A stretch of DNA of 64,000 nucleotides from Candidatus Altiarchaeota archaeon (GTDB lineage Archaea; Altiarchaeota; Altiarchaeia; IMC4; QMZM01): contig JAFGDV010000002.1 of assembly GCA_016931955.1 (NCBI GenBank), forward strand, positions 1 through 64,000, given 5' to 3'. The notes under the pieces are model-generated. The model saw nothing but the letters and a program-made list of their open reading frames with translations, was not told the origin of the DNA and ran no database searches. Position numbers and translations under genes: made by a program. Positions 1-9,850 of this stretch are shown here, in pieces (within the stretch, counting starts at the first letter, position 1; each line of letters opens with the position of its first letter).

Positions 1-1
1 A

Positions 2-556
2 ACAAGCACCACAACTACTACATCAACAACTACAACAACTATGGAAACCACGACAACCTCGACAACAAGCCCTACTCCAACATCAACAACTACTTCAACA
101 ACCATAAAGAAAACAAAAAAGGATACCGACTCCCCCACAGAAAGCATTAGAGTCAATTTTGCAAAACCAAAGTTTACATGCTTTGATGGGATATTGAACT
201 GCCACGACGGCGGCTGTGAGACGGGAGTGGACTGTGGGGGGCCATGTGAGCCCTGCATGAGCTGTGAGGATGGGGTGCTGAATCAGGGAGAACATGGAGT
301 GGACTGCGGAGGGCCCTGTAGGCCGTGTCCGACGACGACCTCAACCTCGACGACTACAACACGGTCAGAGAAAACAACGACGACAACCACCAGTACAACC
401 ACTACGACGACAACACTCGAGCGGATAGATGTCACAGGAAAGGTTGCCGGCGGAATCACTTTGGAGGGGGGAATACTACTAAGCATACTGGCAATCCTGG
501 TATTGACTGGGTTCGCACTATACAGGGTTTATAGGAGAAAAGGTTCAGGAGTCTAG
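2..556 (+). CDS. C-terminal part of a Thr-rich membrane-anchored surface protein with Cys-rich repeats (5' end outside window)
   Basis: Frame is open from base 2 (TSTTTTTSTTTTT precedes the Met at 41). It has poly-Thr tracts, two CxDGxxN..ExGVDCGGPCxPC repeats, and a C-terminal TM helix followed by a basic tail (RVYRRK). Confidence 0.8.
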   Translation, partial: TSTTTTTSTTTTTMETTTTSTTSPTPTSTTTSTTIKKTKKDTDSPTESIRVNFAKPKFTCFDGILNCHDGGCETGVDCGGPCEPCMSCEDGVLNQGEHGVDCGGPCRPCPTTTSTSTTTTRSEKTTTTTTSTTTTTTTLERIDVTGKVAGGITLEGGILLSILAILVLTGFALYRVYRRKGSGV

Positions 557-1387
557 GCCGTAGAAGTGTTTGGCTTCGGCGACGATTTCCTTGAGCTTGT
601 TTCTGGATATTCCGGTCTTCGTCGACAGGAGACTGAAGTCGTTGTTCACCAGATCCTTTGCAAGAATCATGTTGGCGCTGAAAAGCCTCAGCTTAGATCT
701 CTTGTCGACTGTCTTCAATATGGTTACAGGATATAAACCCTTTGACTCGATCATGAATTCTAGGGTGTTCTCTGGGGGAAACCTCCAACCAAGCAACTTA
801 AGATTCTTGCACTGAGCATACTGTATGGCTTCAGGGGAAAACCTCGTGTTAGTCACAAGCCATATTTCGTCGAAGTGAGGACAGTGACCCAAATCGCAGC
901 CCTCATTCAAGTCAAGTAATCGCGCGTAAGTGTACATAGCCTCCTTCAACCCAGTGTTAAGCCCCTTCGTGTTATGGTACTTGCATTCAACAGCCGAAAG
1001 CCTGCCGTCAGAGGATTCCACGATGACATCAATCTCGTGGATGACGCACACTCCCATGACGTGCTGCCTCACCTTGGTACTGTAGCCATATTCCCTCAGG
1101 ATCTCCCCAACATAGGTTTCGAATGCGAAGCCTTCAGGCCCCAGACGCATGATGGCTCCCTTTAGGTCGTATCTTGAAGCGAGAGACGGCCTCTCCATGT
1201 GCAGCAGCTGATGGACTATTCGGAAGATCTCCTTCGTGGTTATGCCTTCATAGAGTTTATCATTCAGTTGATCGAGGATTTCAGAAGCCAGCTCCTCAGA
1301 GGCCCCGGAACGCAGAACAGCGCGGCGGACCTTCTCCGGGTTATATTCCTCCAATTCGCCAGAAGCCTTCCTAATCATAATTGCCAT
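545..1387 (-). CDS. ATP-cone domain fused to an Mrr-like PD-(D/E)xK restriction endonuclease domain
   Basis: N-terminal IRKASGELEEYNPEKV ATP-cone pattern, then GFAFETYV...HEIDVI...VECKYH nuclease motifs. Confidence 0.8.
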   Translation of the reverse strand: MAIMIRKASGELEEYNPEKVRRAVLRSGASEELASEILDQLNDKLYEGITTKEIFRIVHQLLHMERPSLASRYDLKGAIMRLGPEGFAFETYVGEILREYGYSTKVRQHVMGVCVIHEIDVIVESSDGRLSAVECKYHNTKGLNTGLKEAMYTYARLLDLNEGCDLGHCPHFDEIWLVTNTRFSPEAIQYAQCKNLKLLGWRFPPENTLEFMIESKGLYPVTILKTVDKRSKLRLFSANMILAKDLVNNDFSLLSTKTGISRNKLKEIVAEAKHFYGLDS

Positions 1388-1431
1388 TATCCTGTTTATT
1401 TATTTCTTATACGGGGATAAATTATTACTGT

Positions 1432-2415
1432 ATGGTTCTCACAAATCTTGCGCTTTTTGTGGTGGGATGTCTCGTGTTGGTGAAGAGCTCGGAAGCGCTC
1501 GTAGACACATTATCCAAGATTGCTGCTTATTTCAGGGTTACCGAGTTCGTGATCGGATTCATATTGATGGCGTTCGCCACATCCGTACCAGAGCTGTCTA
1601 TCGGGGTTTCCTCTGCCTTAGAGTCCACGTTGGAGAGACCTTTAACGTCACTGGCCCTCGGCAACATAGTGGGCGCGAACATCATAGATCTGACCCTTGT
1701 TATTGGAATAGGCGCCATACTGAGGAGAGACATAAAGGTCGAGACGAAGGCTGTCAGAACAGACACCATATACATGTTCTTGATAGCTTCTTTGCCCCTC
1801 ATCCTGATGATGGATTCGAAGATAACTCAGGCCGACGGCATATTTCTTATCTTCGTGTTTTTCATTTACATTCTCAGGCTGCTCAAACAGAGGAGCAGGT
1901 TCAGGGAGAAGAGCAAGATGCTGGTCTCCAGGAGAGAATTCCACAAAAACGTTACCATCTTTATGATAAGTATCATCCTCCTGTTCCTCAGCGCGATCTG
2001 CGTCGTCGAAAACGCGACCGAGTTAGCTGCGAAACTTGGGGTGCCGAACATACTCATCGGATTGTTTATGATATCGTTGGGCACGACGCTCCCAGAGCTA
2101 ACGTTCGGGACAAAGGCAGTCCTCTCCGAGCACCCGTATATGGCGCTTGGAAACGTTATAGGTAGCATAATCGTGAACTCAACCCTTATACTGGGCCTCA
2201 CAGCGATTATATTCCCCATCCAGACCGCGGATTTCCTCGTCTTTCTGACGAGCGCATTATTTATGTTAACTGTAGCGTTCATGTTCATGACATTCATAGA
2301 GGCTGAGAGGCACATCCTGTGGCAGGAAGGGGTTGGCTTGATCCTCCTGTACGTGCTGTTCGTAATCGTGGAATTAAGCATACATCAATTTGAGACAACC
2401 CAAATCGGTGCATGA
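1432..2415 (+). CDS. Ca2+/Na+ antiporter (CaCA / YrbG family)
   Basis: Two alpha repeats: ATSVPE...GNIVGAN and GTTLPE...GNVIGS. About 10 TM segments. ATG at 1432 preferred over TTG at 1381. Confidence 0.9.
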   Translation: MVLTNLALFVVGCLVLVKSSEALVDTLSKIAAYFRVTEFVIGFILMAFATSVPELSIGVSSALESTLERPLTSLALGNIVGANIIDLTLVIGIGAILRRDIKVETKAVRTDTIYMFLIASLPLILMMDSKITQADGIFLIFVFFIYILRLLKQRSRFREKSKMLVSRREFHKNVTIFMISIILLFLSAICVVENATELAAKLGVPNILIGLFMISLGTTLPELTFGTKAVLSEHPYMALGNVIGSIIVNSTLILGLTAIIFPIQTADFLVFLTSALFMLTVAFMFMTFIEAERHILWQEGVGLILLYVLFVIVELSIHQFETTQIGA

Positions 2416-2462
2416 CTGTAGACGGTTTTTAGTGTAGGAAACACAATAGTAGTAAGTCCAAA

Positions 2463-2954
2463 ATGTGTGCGGAAAAAAAGATGCCTAGGTTCCTTGCAGT
2501 CTCTATTATCCTGTTCGGATTCTGGCTGCTGTTGTCGTGGCACTTCGATCCACTACATCTAACGCTGGGACTGATCAGCTCTCTTCTGATAGCGTATTTA
2601 TCCAGCGACCTTCTAATAAGTGAGGAGGAGATCGGTTTCTCTCCGAGGAAGGTGTTTTCATTCATCCTTTATTCAATCTATCTGGCATACAACATAGTAT
2701 TGGCTAACCTCGACGTCGCATACAGGGTCCTTCATCCAAGGATGCCCATAGATCCGCAGATAGTAGAATTCAAGACGAAATTGAGGTCGGATGTTGGAAG
2801 GACCATACTAGCTAATTCCATCACATTAACCCCTGGAACGATCTCCGTGGACGTCAGAGGTGATGTGTTCTATGTACATGCCCTCTCAGAGAAGTCCGCC
2901 GAAGAACTCTTGAGGGGTAAGATGGAGGGCAAACTGATGAGGATATTCGAGTGA
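2463..2954 (+). CDS. mnhE: Mrp Na+/H+ antiporter subunit E
   Basis: ANSITLTPGT motif; first gene of the Mrp operon. Confidence 0.9.
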   Translation: MCAEKKMPRFLAVSIILFGFWLLLSWHFDPLHLTLGLISSLLIAYLSSDLLISEEEIGFSPRKVFSFILYSIYLAYNIVLANLDVAYRVLHPRMPIDPQIVEFKTKLRSDVGRTILANSITLTPGTISVDVRGDVFYVHALSEKSAEELLRGKMEGKLMRIFE

Positions 2955-2961
2955 ATGAAAG

Positions 2962-3273
2962 ATGGACCTATCTGAAGTAATCACCCTGCTATTCCAAGCA
3001 CTACCTGAAGTGATCACCCTGCTATTCCAGATAATCCCCCTTTTTTTGGTCTTCACGGCCTTCCTATGCCTCTACAGGGTCGTGATCGGACCCCGCGCAG
3101 GTAACAGGATAATTGCCATAAACGTGATCGGGACAAAGACTGTTGTATTGCTGGTATTGGTCGGATTCATATACGGCAGTCCATACTTTGTCGATGTCGC
3201 CTTAGTCTATGCATTGGTTAATTTCATCATGACCCTTGCGGTCGCAAAATACTTAGAAACTGGAGGGATATAG
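2962..3273 (+). CDS. mnhF: Mrp antiporter subunit F
   Basis: RVVIGP..NRIIA, DVALVYAL..F motifs; operon position. Confidence 0.88.
   Translation: MDLSEVITLLFQALPEVITLLFQIIPLFLVFTAFLCLYRVVIGPRAGNRIIAINVIGTKTVVLLVLVGFIYGSPYFVDVALVYALVNFIMTLAVAKYLETGGI
2968..3033 (+). repeat. 33-bp imperfect tandem duplication in the mnhF 5' end
   Basis: ctatctgaagtaatcaccctgctattccaagca / ctacctgaagtgatcaccctgctattccagata, encoding LSEVITLLFQA / LPEVITLLFQI. Confidence 0.9.
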
Positions 3274-3603
3274 GTGTTAGAATCAATAATCTTGGACTTA
3301 ATCAGCATTGGATTCATGTTAACAGGGACCTTTTTCTTCATCACTGCAACAATCGGTTTGCTCAGATTCCCAGACCTGTTCACAAGGCTTCACGCAACCG
3401 GGAAAGGCGACACATTGGGTGCGGGTCTGATTCTGATAGGCCTTGCTATACACGCCATAAACGCCGGTATGACATCAGAAACTGTAAAGATCCTGTCTAT
3501 ATGTGTCTTCGTGTTCGCGACTTCTCCAGTGGCTGCGCACGCCATATGCAGGGAGACCTATATTAAAGAGGGCAAACACTGGGTAAGGGGGGGTAAAGAG
3601 TGA
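3274..3603 (+). CDS. mnhG: Mrp antiporter subunit G
   Basis: GLLRFPDLFTRLHA..K.DTLG and PVAAHAI motifs. Confidence 0.9.
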   Translation: MLESIILDLISIGFMLTGTFFFITATIGLLRFPDLFTRLHATGKGDTLGAGLILIGLAIHAINAGMTSETVKILSICVFVFATSPVAAHAICRETYIKEGKHWVRGGKE

Positions 3604-3845
3604 TCTATCCACTAGACCTATTGCTCTTATTGTTTCTGGTAGTTTGCGCCTTGATGGCGGTAAAGCTACGGGACCTATTGGATTCTATCATAGTGTTAGC
3701 AGGCTATAGTCTGATTATGGCTTTAACGTGGGTGGAGATGAACGCACCGGATGTTGCTTTAACAGAAGCAGCAGTAGGTGCAGGAGTCACTACCTTCCTG
3801 TTCATCGCAGCCTTGAGTAAAACAGTGAGGAGGGAAAAAAGGTGA
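3600..3845 (+). CDS. Mrp/Mbh small subunit (DUF4040 / MbhD-like)
   Basis: APDVALTEAAVGAG motif; overlaps neighbours by 4 nt. Confidence 0.88.
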   Translation: MIYPLDLLLLLFLVVCALMAVKLRDLLDSIIVLAGYSLIMALTWVEMNAPDVALTEAAVGAGVTTFLFIAALSKTVRREKR

Positions 3846-4141
3846 TAAAGATCTTCTCGATAATCTCGCTCATACTCGTTGGATTGGTGTTCTTCTACAT
3901 CGCAGAGGAGATGCCTGATTTCGGCAACCCGGATAATCCAACGAACAACAACGTTTCTAGGAGGTACATAGAGAGATCCCTGGAAGAAACGGGTGTGCGG
4001 AACATGGTGACTGCTGTTCTTGCCAGCTACAGAGGCTACGACACGCTGGGGGAGACTACAGTAATATTCACTGCAGGAGTTGCTACCATGTTCCTATTCC
4101 AGAGATGGAAGAAAGAAAAACCGCCGGGGGTTAGGAAATGA
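3842..4141 (+). CDS. Mrp/Mbh small subunit (MbhE-like, part of split MrpA/B)
   Basis: NMVTAVLASYRGYDTLGETTV motif. Confidence 0.88.
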   Translation: MIKIFSIISLILVGLVFFYIAEEMPDFGNPDNPTNNNVSRRYIERSLEETGVRNMVTAVLASYRGYDTLGETTVIFTAGVATMFLFQRWKKEKPPGVRK

Positions 4142-4575
4142 CAGACCCGGGAGGAGTGTCCATTGTGGTGAGAACCGTTTCAAGGATTATGATTCCATTC
4201 ATCCAGTTGTTTGGTATCTACACCATAGCACATGGGGAGACGTCAGCTGGCGGGGGCTTTCAGGGGGGTGTGATTCTTGGGACAAGCATCATATTGCTGT
4301 CCATAGTATTTGGTTTAAAAGAGGCTGATAGGAGAATGCCAAGGGAACTACTAACAGCCTTCATGTGCGTTGGTTTGTTGATCTATTCAGGGATAGGCGT
4401 ATTGGACTTACTCTCCGGAGGCAGGTATCTGGAGTACAGCAGTCTTCCCCTTCCTCTGCCGCCTCATGAAATCAGTGCCCTGTCCATCTTGGGCGTGGAG
4501 ATAGGTATTGGAATCACTGTGATGGCAGTAATAATCCTGTTGTTTTTCTGTCTTGCGGGTGAAAGAGATGCTTGA
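4138..4575 (+). CDS. mnhB: Mrp antiporter subunit B
   Basis: HGETSAGGGFQGG motif and E-x-GIG near the C-terminus. Confidence 0.88.
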   Translation: MTDPGGVSIVVRTVSRIMIPFIQLFGIYTIAHGETSAGGGFQGGVILGTSIILLSIVFGLKEADRRMPRELLTAFMCVGLLIYSGIGVLDLLSGGRYLEYSSLPLPLPPHEISALSILGVEIGIGITVMAVIILLFFCLAGERDA

Positions 4576-4921
4576 GGATTTGATTCTGGCCAAATACAAT
4601 TACTGGATTTCCGCAGTGCTTATGTTGATTGGATTCTATGCGATGATGTCGAAGAAGAACTTCATAAAAAAGATCATAGGGATGAACATCTTTCAGACCG
4701 CAATAATCCTCTTCTATATATCCATTGCAGATGTCAAGGACGGTGCTGCTCCAATCCTCGTAGATGACGTTCTTGTATATGTAAACCCATTGCCCCAGGT
4801 TCTAATGCTGACAGCAATAGTTGTCGGCGTTAGTACTACAGCTGTTGCCCTTTCCTTGATCATGAAGATATATCAGGAATATCAAACAATCGAGGAGGAT
4901 GAGGTCTTAGAGGTGCGTTGA
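4568..4921 (+). CDS. mnhC: Mrp antiporter subunit C
   Basis: NFIKKIIG and NPLPQVLMLTAIVVG motifs; ATG at 4568. Confidence 0.9.
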   Translation: MLEDLILAKYNYWISAVLMLIGFYAMMSKKNFIKKIIGMNIFQTAIILFYISIADVKDGAAPILVDDVLVYVNPLPQVLMLTAIVVGVSTTAVALSLIMKIYQEYQTIEEDEVLEVR

Positions 4922-6405
4922 TGATCCAACACTCTCCTGTACTGGTTGTGATAATTCCATTAGTTACTGCATTTTTAATCCCCTTAATGGGGTTATTGAG
5001 GAAAAAATACTGCATCTACCTATCAGTCCTCTCTATGTTGTCCATCTTCGTCATCGCAGCCTCTATTGTGACTTCTTTAGTGTCTTCAGGCACAATCCAT
5101 TACTATCTCGGAGGCTGGGAGCCTCCTTGGGGTATTGAGTATGTCATAGACCCTCTGAGTAGTTTCATGGTCATCCTCATAACATTCATCAGCCTCATCA
5201 TTGTCGTGTATTCTAGGAGGAGCGTGGAGAAGGAGCTACCCAACAACGAGGTTGCGTTCTACACATTATTCATGCTGCTCATAACAGGGCTTTTAGGTAT
5301 AGTAGTAACTGGAGACCTCTTTAATCTCTATGTATTCCTTGAGATCGCATCACTAACAGCTTATGCGTTAATTGCAGTCGGTGAAAAAAGAGACGCACTG
5401 GTTGCAAGCTTCAACTATTTAATAATTGGTACCATAGCCGCCTGTTTCATCCTTCTGGGAATCGGCTTCCTCTATATGGTTACTGGCTCGCTGAATATGG
5501 CCGACGTGTCTACGCGGCTCCCTGAAGCATATGGCCAGTACCCTAAAGTCGTACTCGCCGCACTAGCCTTCTTCGTCGTGGGTTTAAGCATAAAAGTGGC
5601 GTTATTCCCCTTACATTTGTGGCTTCCAAATGCCTACACACATGCCCCTTCAACGGTCAGCGCATTACTCGCAGCCTTGATGACGAAGGTTGGGGCTTAT
5701 GTGATGATACGGATAATCTTCACCGTTTTTGGTTTCAGCTTCATTACACAGATCACGGATATCGCCCCACTCATGGATATCCTCTCCATTGTCGGGGCTT
5801 TGGCAATCATCGTAGGTGCTGTGTTCGCCATATCTCAGACTGACATAAAGAGGATGTTAGCCTACTCCAGTGTTAGCCAGATTGGTTACATCGTTTTAGG
5901 GATCGGGTTAAGTAATCCAATAGGGCTGACTGGAGGGATCCTCCATATACTGCATCACGCCTTCATGAAGGGTTGTTTGTTTCTGGCCGTTGGCGCAATA
6001 ATATACAGGACAGGCATAAGGGATATCTTCGACTTCCAGGGTATTGGGAGGAAGATGCCATACACGATGTTGGCTTTCTCCATAGCCGCACTCTCCATGG
6101 TGGGGATCCCCCCACTCTGCGGGTTCTTCAGTAAATGGTTTCTGGTCCTGGGAGCTATAGAATCAAAGAGTTGGAAGGTGTTTTTTTCCTTGGTGATCTT
6201 GTCGAGCAGTTTACTGAACGCTGGATACTTTTTCAGGATCTTGGAGAGGACGTGGTTTGGCGAATCACCTTACTCTCAGAGGGATGAGGCCCCGATCAGT
6301 ATGCTGCTCCCAACCCTGACTTTAGCAGCTGGTTGTATTTTACTTGGCGTATTGATATTTGTATCACACCCCTTTATCGTCTCCATTGTCGATACACTAT
6401 TCTAA
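4918..6405 (+). CDS. mnhD: Mrp antiporter subunit D (copy 1)
   Basis: GGWEPPWGI, GDLFNLYVFLE, KVALFPLHLWLP, KRMLAYSS motifs. Confidence 0.9.
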   Translation: MMIQHSPVLVVIIPLVTAFLIPLMGLLRKKYCIYLSVLSMLSIFVIAASIVTSLVSSGTIHYYLGGWEPPWGIEYVIDPLSSFMVILITFISLIIVVYSRRSVEKELPNNEVAFYTLFMLLITGLLGIVVTGDLFNLYVFLEIASLTAYALIAVGEKRDALVASFNYLIIGTIAACFILLGIGFLYMVTGSLNMADVSTRLPEAYGQYPKVVLAALAFFVVGLSIKVALFPLHLWLPNAYTHAPSTVSALLAALMTKVGAYVMIRIIFTVFGFSFITQITDIAPLMDILSIVGALAIIVGAVFAISQTDIKRMLAYSSVSQIGYIVLGIGLSNPIGLTGGILHILHHAFMKGCLFLAVGAIIYRTGIRDIFDFQGIGRKMPYTMLAFSIAALSMVGIPPLCGFFSKWFLVLGAIESKSWKVFFSLVILSSSLLNAGYFFRILERTWFGESPYSQRDEAPISMLLPTLTLAAGCILLGVLIFVSHPFIVSIVDTLF

Positions 6406-6406
6406 G

Positions 6407-7882
6407 ATGGAAATAACCTCGATAGAACCGCTGCTGGCTGTGTTGGTTTCATTGATATGCGCCTTTTTGGTAGTATTATCCCGGAAACGCCGAGATATCA
6501 GGGAATCATGGACCATCCTCGCATCTGTTGTGCAATTTCTTATCATAGTCTCTATGGTTCCCACAGTCCTCGAAGGTGACACAATATCCTTTGAAGTGAT
6601 CTCAATCCTGCCTGGAATCCCCCTCAAATTTAGAGTGGACGCCTTTGGTCTATTCTTCGGAGTCCTTGCATCCTTTCTGTGGATTCTAACATCAATCTAC
6701 TCCATCGGTTATATTAGATCGCTTCAAGAGCATTCGCAGACCAGATACTTCGCCTCCTTTGCGGTTTCATTATCCTCAACCATAGGAATCGCCTTCTCAG
6801 CCAACCTCATCACCCTCTTCATATTCTATGAGATGTTAACCTTCAGCGTCTACCCATTGGTCATCCACAAGGAGACTCTAAGAGCGAGGAGGGCGGGCGT
6901 AAAGTATCTGGTATACATTCTAAGTGGCGGAGTCGTTCTTCTGTTGGCGATAATCTTGGCATATTCCCTCGCCGGAACACTGGACTTCTCAGACCGCGGC
7001 TTTTTAGCCTTAGAACAAGCACCGAAAGAGATGCTTCAGATACTGTTTGTTTTATTCGTTGTCGGCTTCGGCGTGAAATCCGCCATAATGCCCTTCCACT
7101 CTTGGCTGCCCACTGCAATGGTCGCCCCGACTCCAGTATCTGCTCTACTGCATGCAGTGGCAGTGGTCAAGGCAGGAATCTTCGGTATTGTGAGAGTGAT
7201 TTACTTTGTATTCGGCCTAGACCTTATGTCCGAATTAGGGTTGGGGACTCCTCTGGCCTACTTTGTCTCTTTCACAATAATTGTTGCTTCCATGTTTGCA
7301 CTGACACAGGACAACCTGAAGATGAGGCTGGCGTATTCCACAATCAGCCAACTGTCGTATATCATACTTGGCGCAGCCCTCCTGACTCCCAGCGGATTAC
7401 TTGGAGGGGTTCTGCATATTGCACATCATGCCTTCATGAAGATAACCCTCTTCTTCTGTGCTGGTGCTATCTATGTTGTGACCCATAAGGAGAAAGTAAG
7501 CGAGATGAACGGCATCGGAAAAGAAATGCCCTTGACTATGGCGGCTTTTTCTATATGCGCTATAGGTCTGATAGGCATCCCCCCAGTTGCTGGCTTTCTG
7601 AGTAAGTGGTACCTTAGCCTAGGATCCATGGAAGCAGACAAGGTATTTTTTGTCTTCGTTTTGCTTCTAAGTTCCCTGCTGAATGCAGCATATTTCCTCC
7701 CCATCATCTTCAACGCCTTCTTTAAGGAGCCCTACGGGTTAGGGGGTAGGAGAGAAGCCCCATCCTTCATCTTGATCCCGTTGATAATCACGGCAATAGT
7801 CTCGATAATACTGTGTATAGCGCCGGAAGAATTCAACCCCTTTTTTCAGATGGCTGAATTAATATGGAATAGTGTGGTGTAG
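6407..7882 (+). CDS. mnhD: Mrp antiporter subunit D-like (copy 2)
   Basis: NuoL/M/N-type transporter: FYE, KSAIMPFHSWLP, LHAVAVVKAG, RLAYSTISQ. ATG at 6407. Confidence 0.88.
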   Translation: MEITSIEPLLAVLVSLICAFLVVLSRKRRDIRESWTILASVVQFLIIVSMVPTVLEGDTISFEVISILPGIPLKFRVDAFGLFFGVLASFLWILTSIYSIGYIRSLQEHSQTRYFASFAVSLSSTIGIAFSANLITLFIFYEMLTFSVYPLVIHKETLRARRAGVKYLVYILSGGVVLLLAIILAYSLAGTLDFSDRGFLALEQAPKEMLQILFVLFVVGFGVKSAIMPFHSWLPTAMVAPTPVSALLHAVAVVKAGIFGIVRVIYFVFGLDLMSELGLGTPLAYFVSFTIIVASMFALTQDNLKMRLAYSTISQLSYIILGAALLTPSGLLGGVLHIAHHAFMKITLFFCAGAIYVVTHKEKVSEMNGIGKEMPLTMAAFSICAIGLIGIPPVAGFLSKWYLSLGSMEADKVFFVFVLLLSSLLNAAYFLPIIFNAFFKEPYGLGGRREAPSFILIPLIITAIVSIILCIAPEEFNPFFQMAELIWNSVV

Positions 7883-7883
7883 T

Positions 7884-8075
7884 ATGGATGCGTGTAGATC
7901 AAAAATGGCCATAGTCTTGGGTTTCGGTTCACTATTGATGCTATGCTTGGAGCTGATCCAAGTAGGTGAGGGATACCTGTTTCTGGGGTACAACATTGTG
8001 CTGGCGATCATCGGATGCATTTATTTCATTACTGCGATTAAGATCTTTGGGATCATCCAGGGGGGGGTGTCCTGA
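7884..8075 (+). CDS. Small two-TM protein within the Mrp operon
   Basis: Hydrophobic 63-aa ORF filling the gap between two MrpD-like genes; its stop overlaps the next start (TGATG). Confidence 0.6.
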   Translation: MDACRSKMAIVLGFGSLLMLCLELIQVGEGYLFLGYNIVLAIIGCIYFITAIKIFGIIQGGVS

Positions 8076-9850
8076 TGGAAGTTGTTCCGCCCGCATCCAT
8101 ATTCCTACTGGGGGCTTTTCTGGTACCCCTCCTAAAAGGGAGATTAAAGAAGGCTTATCTATTGTCTATTCCGCTTCTTGCCCTTATCGATCTTGTTTTT
8201 ATTAAACCCCAGACCAGTTATGTCATCTCCTTCCTGAACATGGATTTGATTCTCCTCCAAGCAGACGGACTAAGCCTTTTTGTAGGCTCTATCTTTGTTA
8301 TAATAGGATTTCTGTGTATTCTCTATTCCCTCAACGTGAGGGAGGACGGTCAGCACTTCTCCTCTCTCTGGTATATTGGCAGCTCCCTGGGCGTGGTTTT
8401 TGCAGGAGACCTCTTTTCTCTCTTGTTTTTCTGGGAGATTATGGCGGTTTCTTCCGTATTCTTGATCTGGTACCAGAAGGGTAGGGAATCGATTGACGCC
8501 GGATTCCGATACATCCTGATGCACATCTTTGGGGGGAGCTGTCTGCTGGCGGGAACAGTAATACACTACTCAACCACGAAGTCTATTGCAGTATCATCCA
8601 TAGATCCTGGCATCTCTTACATACTTATCCTGATCGGCGTCGGCCTCAATGCCGTGTTCATACCCCTCCACACATGGCTTCCAGATGCCTATCCAAAGGC
8701 AACCATTACCGGAGCGGTCTTCATGTCGGTGTACACTACAAAAACAGGGGTATATGTTCTCGCCAGAATGTTTCCCGGGGTTGAAGCAGTGGCTTACATG
8801 GGTGGATTGATGGCGCTCTACGGCGTCACCTTCGCTCTATTGCAGAACGACGTGAGGAAACTGCTCTCCTATCACATCATCAGCCAGGTTGGCTACATGG
8901 TCGCAGGCATCGGCTTGGGAACCGCCCTAGGCATCAATGGGGGATTGGCTCACCTCTTCAACAACATCCTCTATAAGACCCTGCTCTTCATGTGTGCAGG
9001 CGCCATGATCTATAGGACAGGAAAGAGCAATCTAACAGAGCTCGGCGGCCTGGCGAGGAAGATGCCCATAACTGCTACCCTGTTTGTAATAGCTGCTCTC
9101 TCCATTTCAGGTGTCGTCGGATTCAACGGATTCGTAAGTAAGGGTATGGTATTAGAAGCGTCTCATTCCCTGTCAATTGTTTGGTTGTTGTTGGAGTTGG
9201 CTTCTGTTGGAACGCTCCTCTCCTTCCTGAAGGTAGGGTATTATGGATTCTTCAGAAAAAATGAAATCGATGCAAAGGAAGCCCCTCAGATCATGCTCGT
9301 CGCTATGTTGATAATTGCCTTCTTGTGCATCATTATTGGCCTCTATCCTGATCTACTCCTCAGCATTCTTCCCTACTCAACCGAGTATCATCCCTTTTCT
9401 CCGACGCATGTCTTGGGGGCTTCGCAGCTGCTGATGGTGACTGGCATATTCTTTTTGGTTGGTCTGCGAGTATTCAGCCCACATGACAGAGTCACCTTCG
9501 ACTTCGATTACATCTACGGGAAACTTGCTGGATTGTTTCTGTGGTTCTGTAGGGATCCTATGATTGAATTAGCGTCAGCCTTAGACAGGATGGCTGTAAA
9601 AGCAGCCAATTCTTTCCTCTGGTTTTGTATGAATCCTAGGAGGGCTATAGACTACCTCCCCCACAGACTCCACCTCTTCTATCTAGAATTGGTGAGGGCT
9701 GAGCATGCAATAGAGGTCAGGGTAAGGCTTGACGAACAGAGGATAAAGCACATGAAAAGACGCGAACAGATAAGCATAAGCGTCACAATACTTTTGGTTA
9801 TATTAATACTATTATTGTATCTATTTATCTACGAGTTCGGAATCATCTAA
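8075..9850 (+). CDS. Mrp antiporter subunit D/A-like (copy 3)
   Basis: FWE, PLHTWLPDAYP, TTKTGVY, RKLLSYHIISQ motifs, plus a long C-terminal extension ending in a TM helix. Confidence 0.85.
   Translation: MEVVPPASIFLLGAFLVPLLKGRLKKAYLLSIPLLALIDLVFIKPQTSYVISFLNMDLILLQADGLSLFVGSIFVIIGFLCILYSLNVREDGQHFSSLWYIGSSLGVVFAGDLFSLLFFWEIMAVSSVFLIWYQKGRESIDAGFRYILMHIFGGSCLLAGTVIHYSTTKSIAVSSIDPGISYILILIGVGLNAVFIPLHTWLPDAYPKATITGAVFMSVYTTKTGVYVLARMFPGVEAVAYMGGLMALYGVTFALLQNDVRKLLSYHIISQVGYMVAGIGLGTALGINGGLAHLFNNILYKTLLFMCAGAMIYRTGKSNLTELGGLARKMPITATLFVIAALSISGVVGFNGFVSKGMVLEASHSLSIVWLLLELASVGTLLSFLKVGYYGFFRKNEIDAKEAPQIMLVAMLIIAFLCIIIGLYPDLLLSILPYSTEYHPFSPTHVLGASQLLMVTGIFFLVGLRVFSPHDRVTFDFDYIYGKLAGLFLWFCRDPMIELASALDRMAVKAANSFLWFCMNPRRAIDYLPHRLHLFYLELVRAEHAIEVRVRLDEQRIKHMKRREQISISVTILLVILILLLYLFIYEFGII

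Noticed and set aside
1-420. ACN-rich repeats (also 23020-23120) as a CRISPR array or satellite
   Set aside because: They are degenerate codons of poly-Thr linkers, with no repeat-spacer structure.
3271-3276. mnhF TAG is directly followed in frame by the mnhG GTG, hinting at genome-wide amber readthrough (with the TAG at 14685)
   Set aside because: mnhG has its own SD (GGAGGG). Other TAG codons are clearly terminal (acs at 17200 before a terminator, thrC, larA, hypD), and no conserved enzyme is interrupted by TAG.
2463-9850. Membrane-bound hydrogenase (Mbh/Mbx) operon
   Set aside because: No NuoB/C/D/H/I-like subunits follow; the run ends at the convergent pckG.
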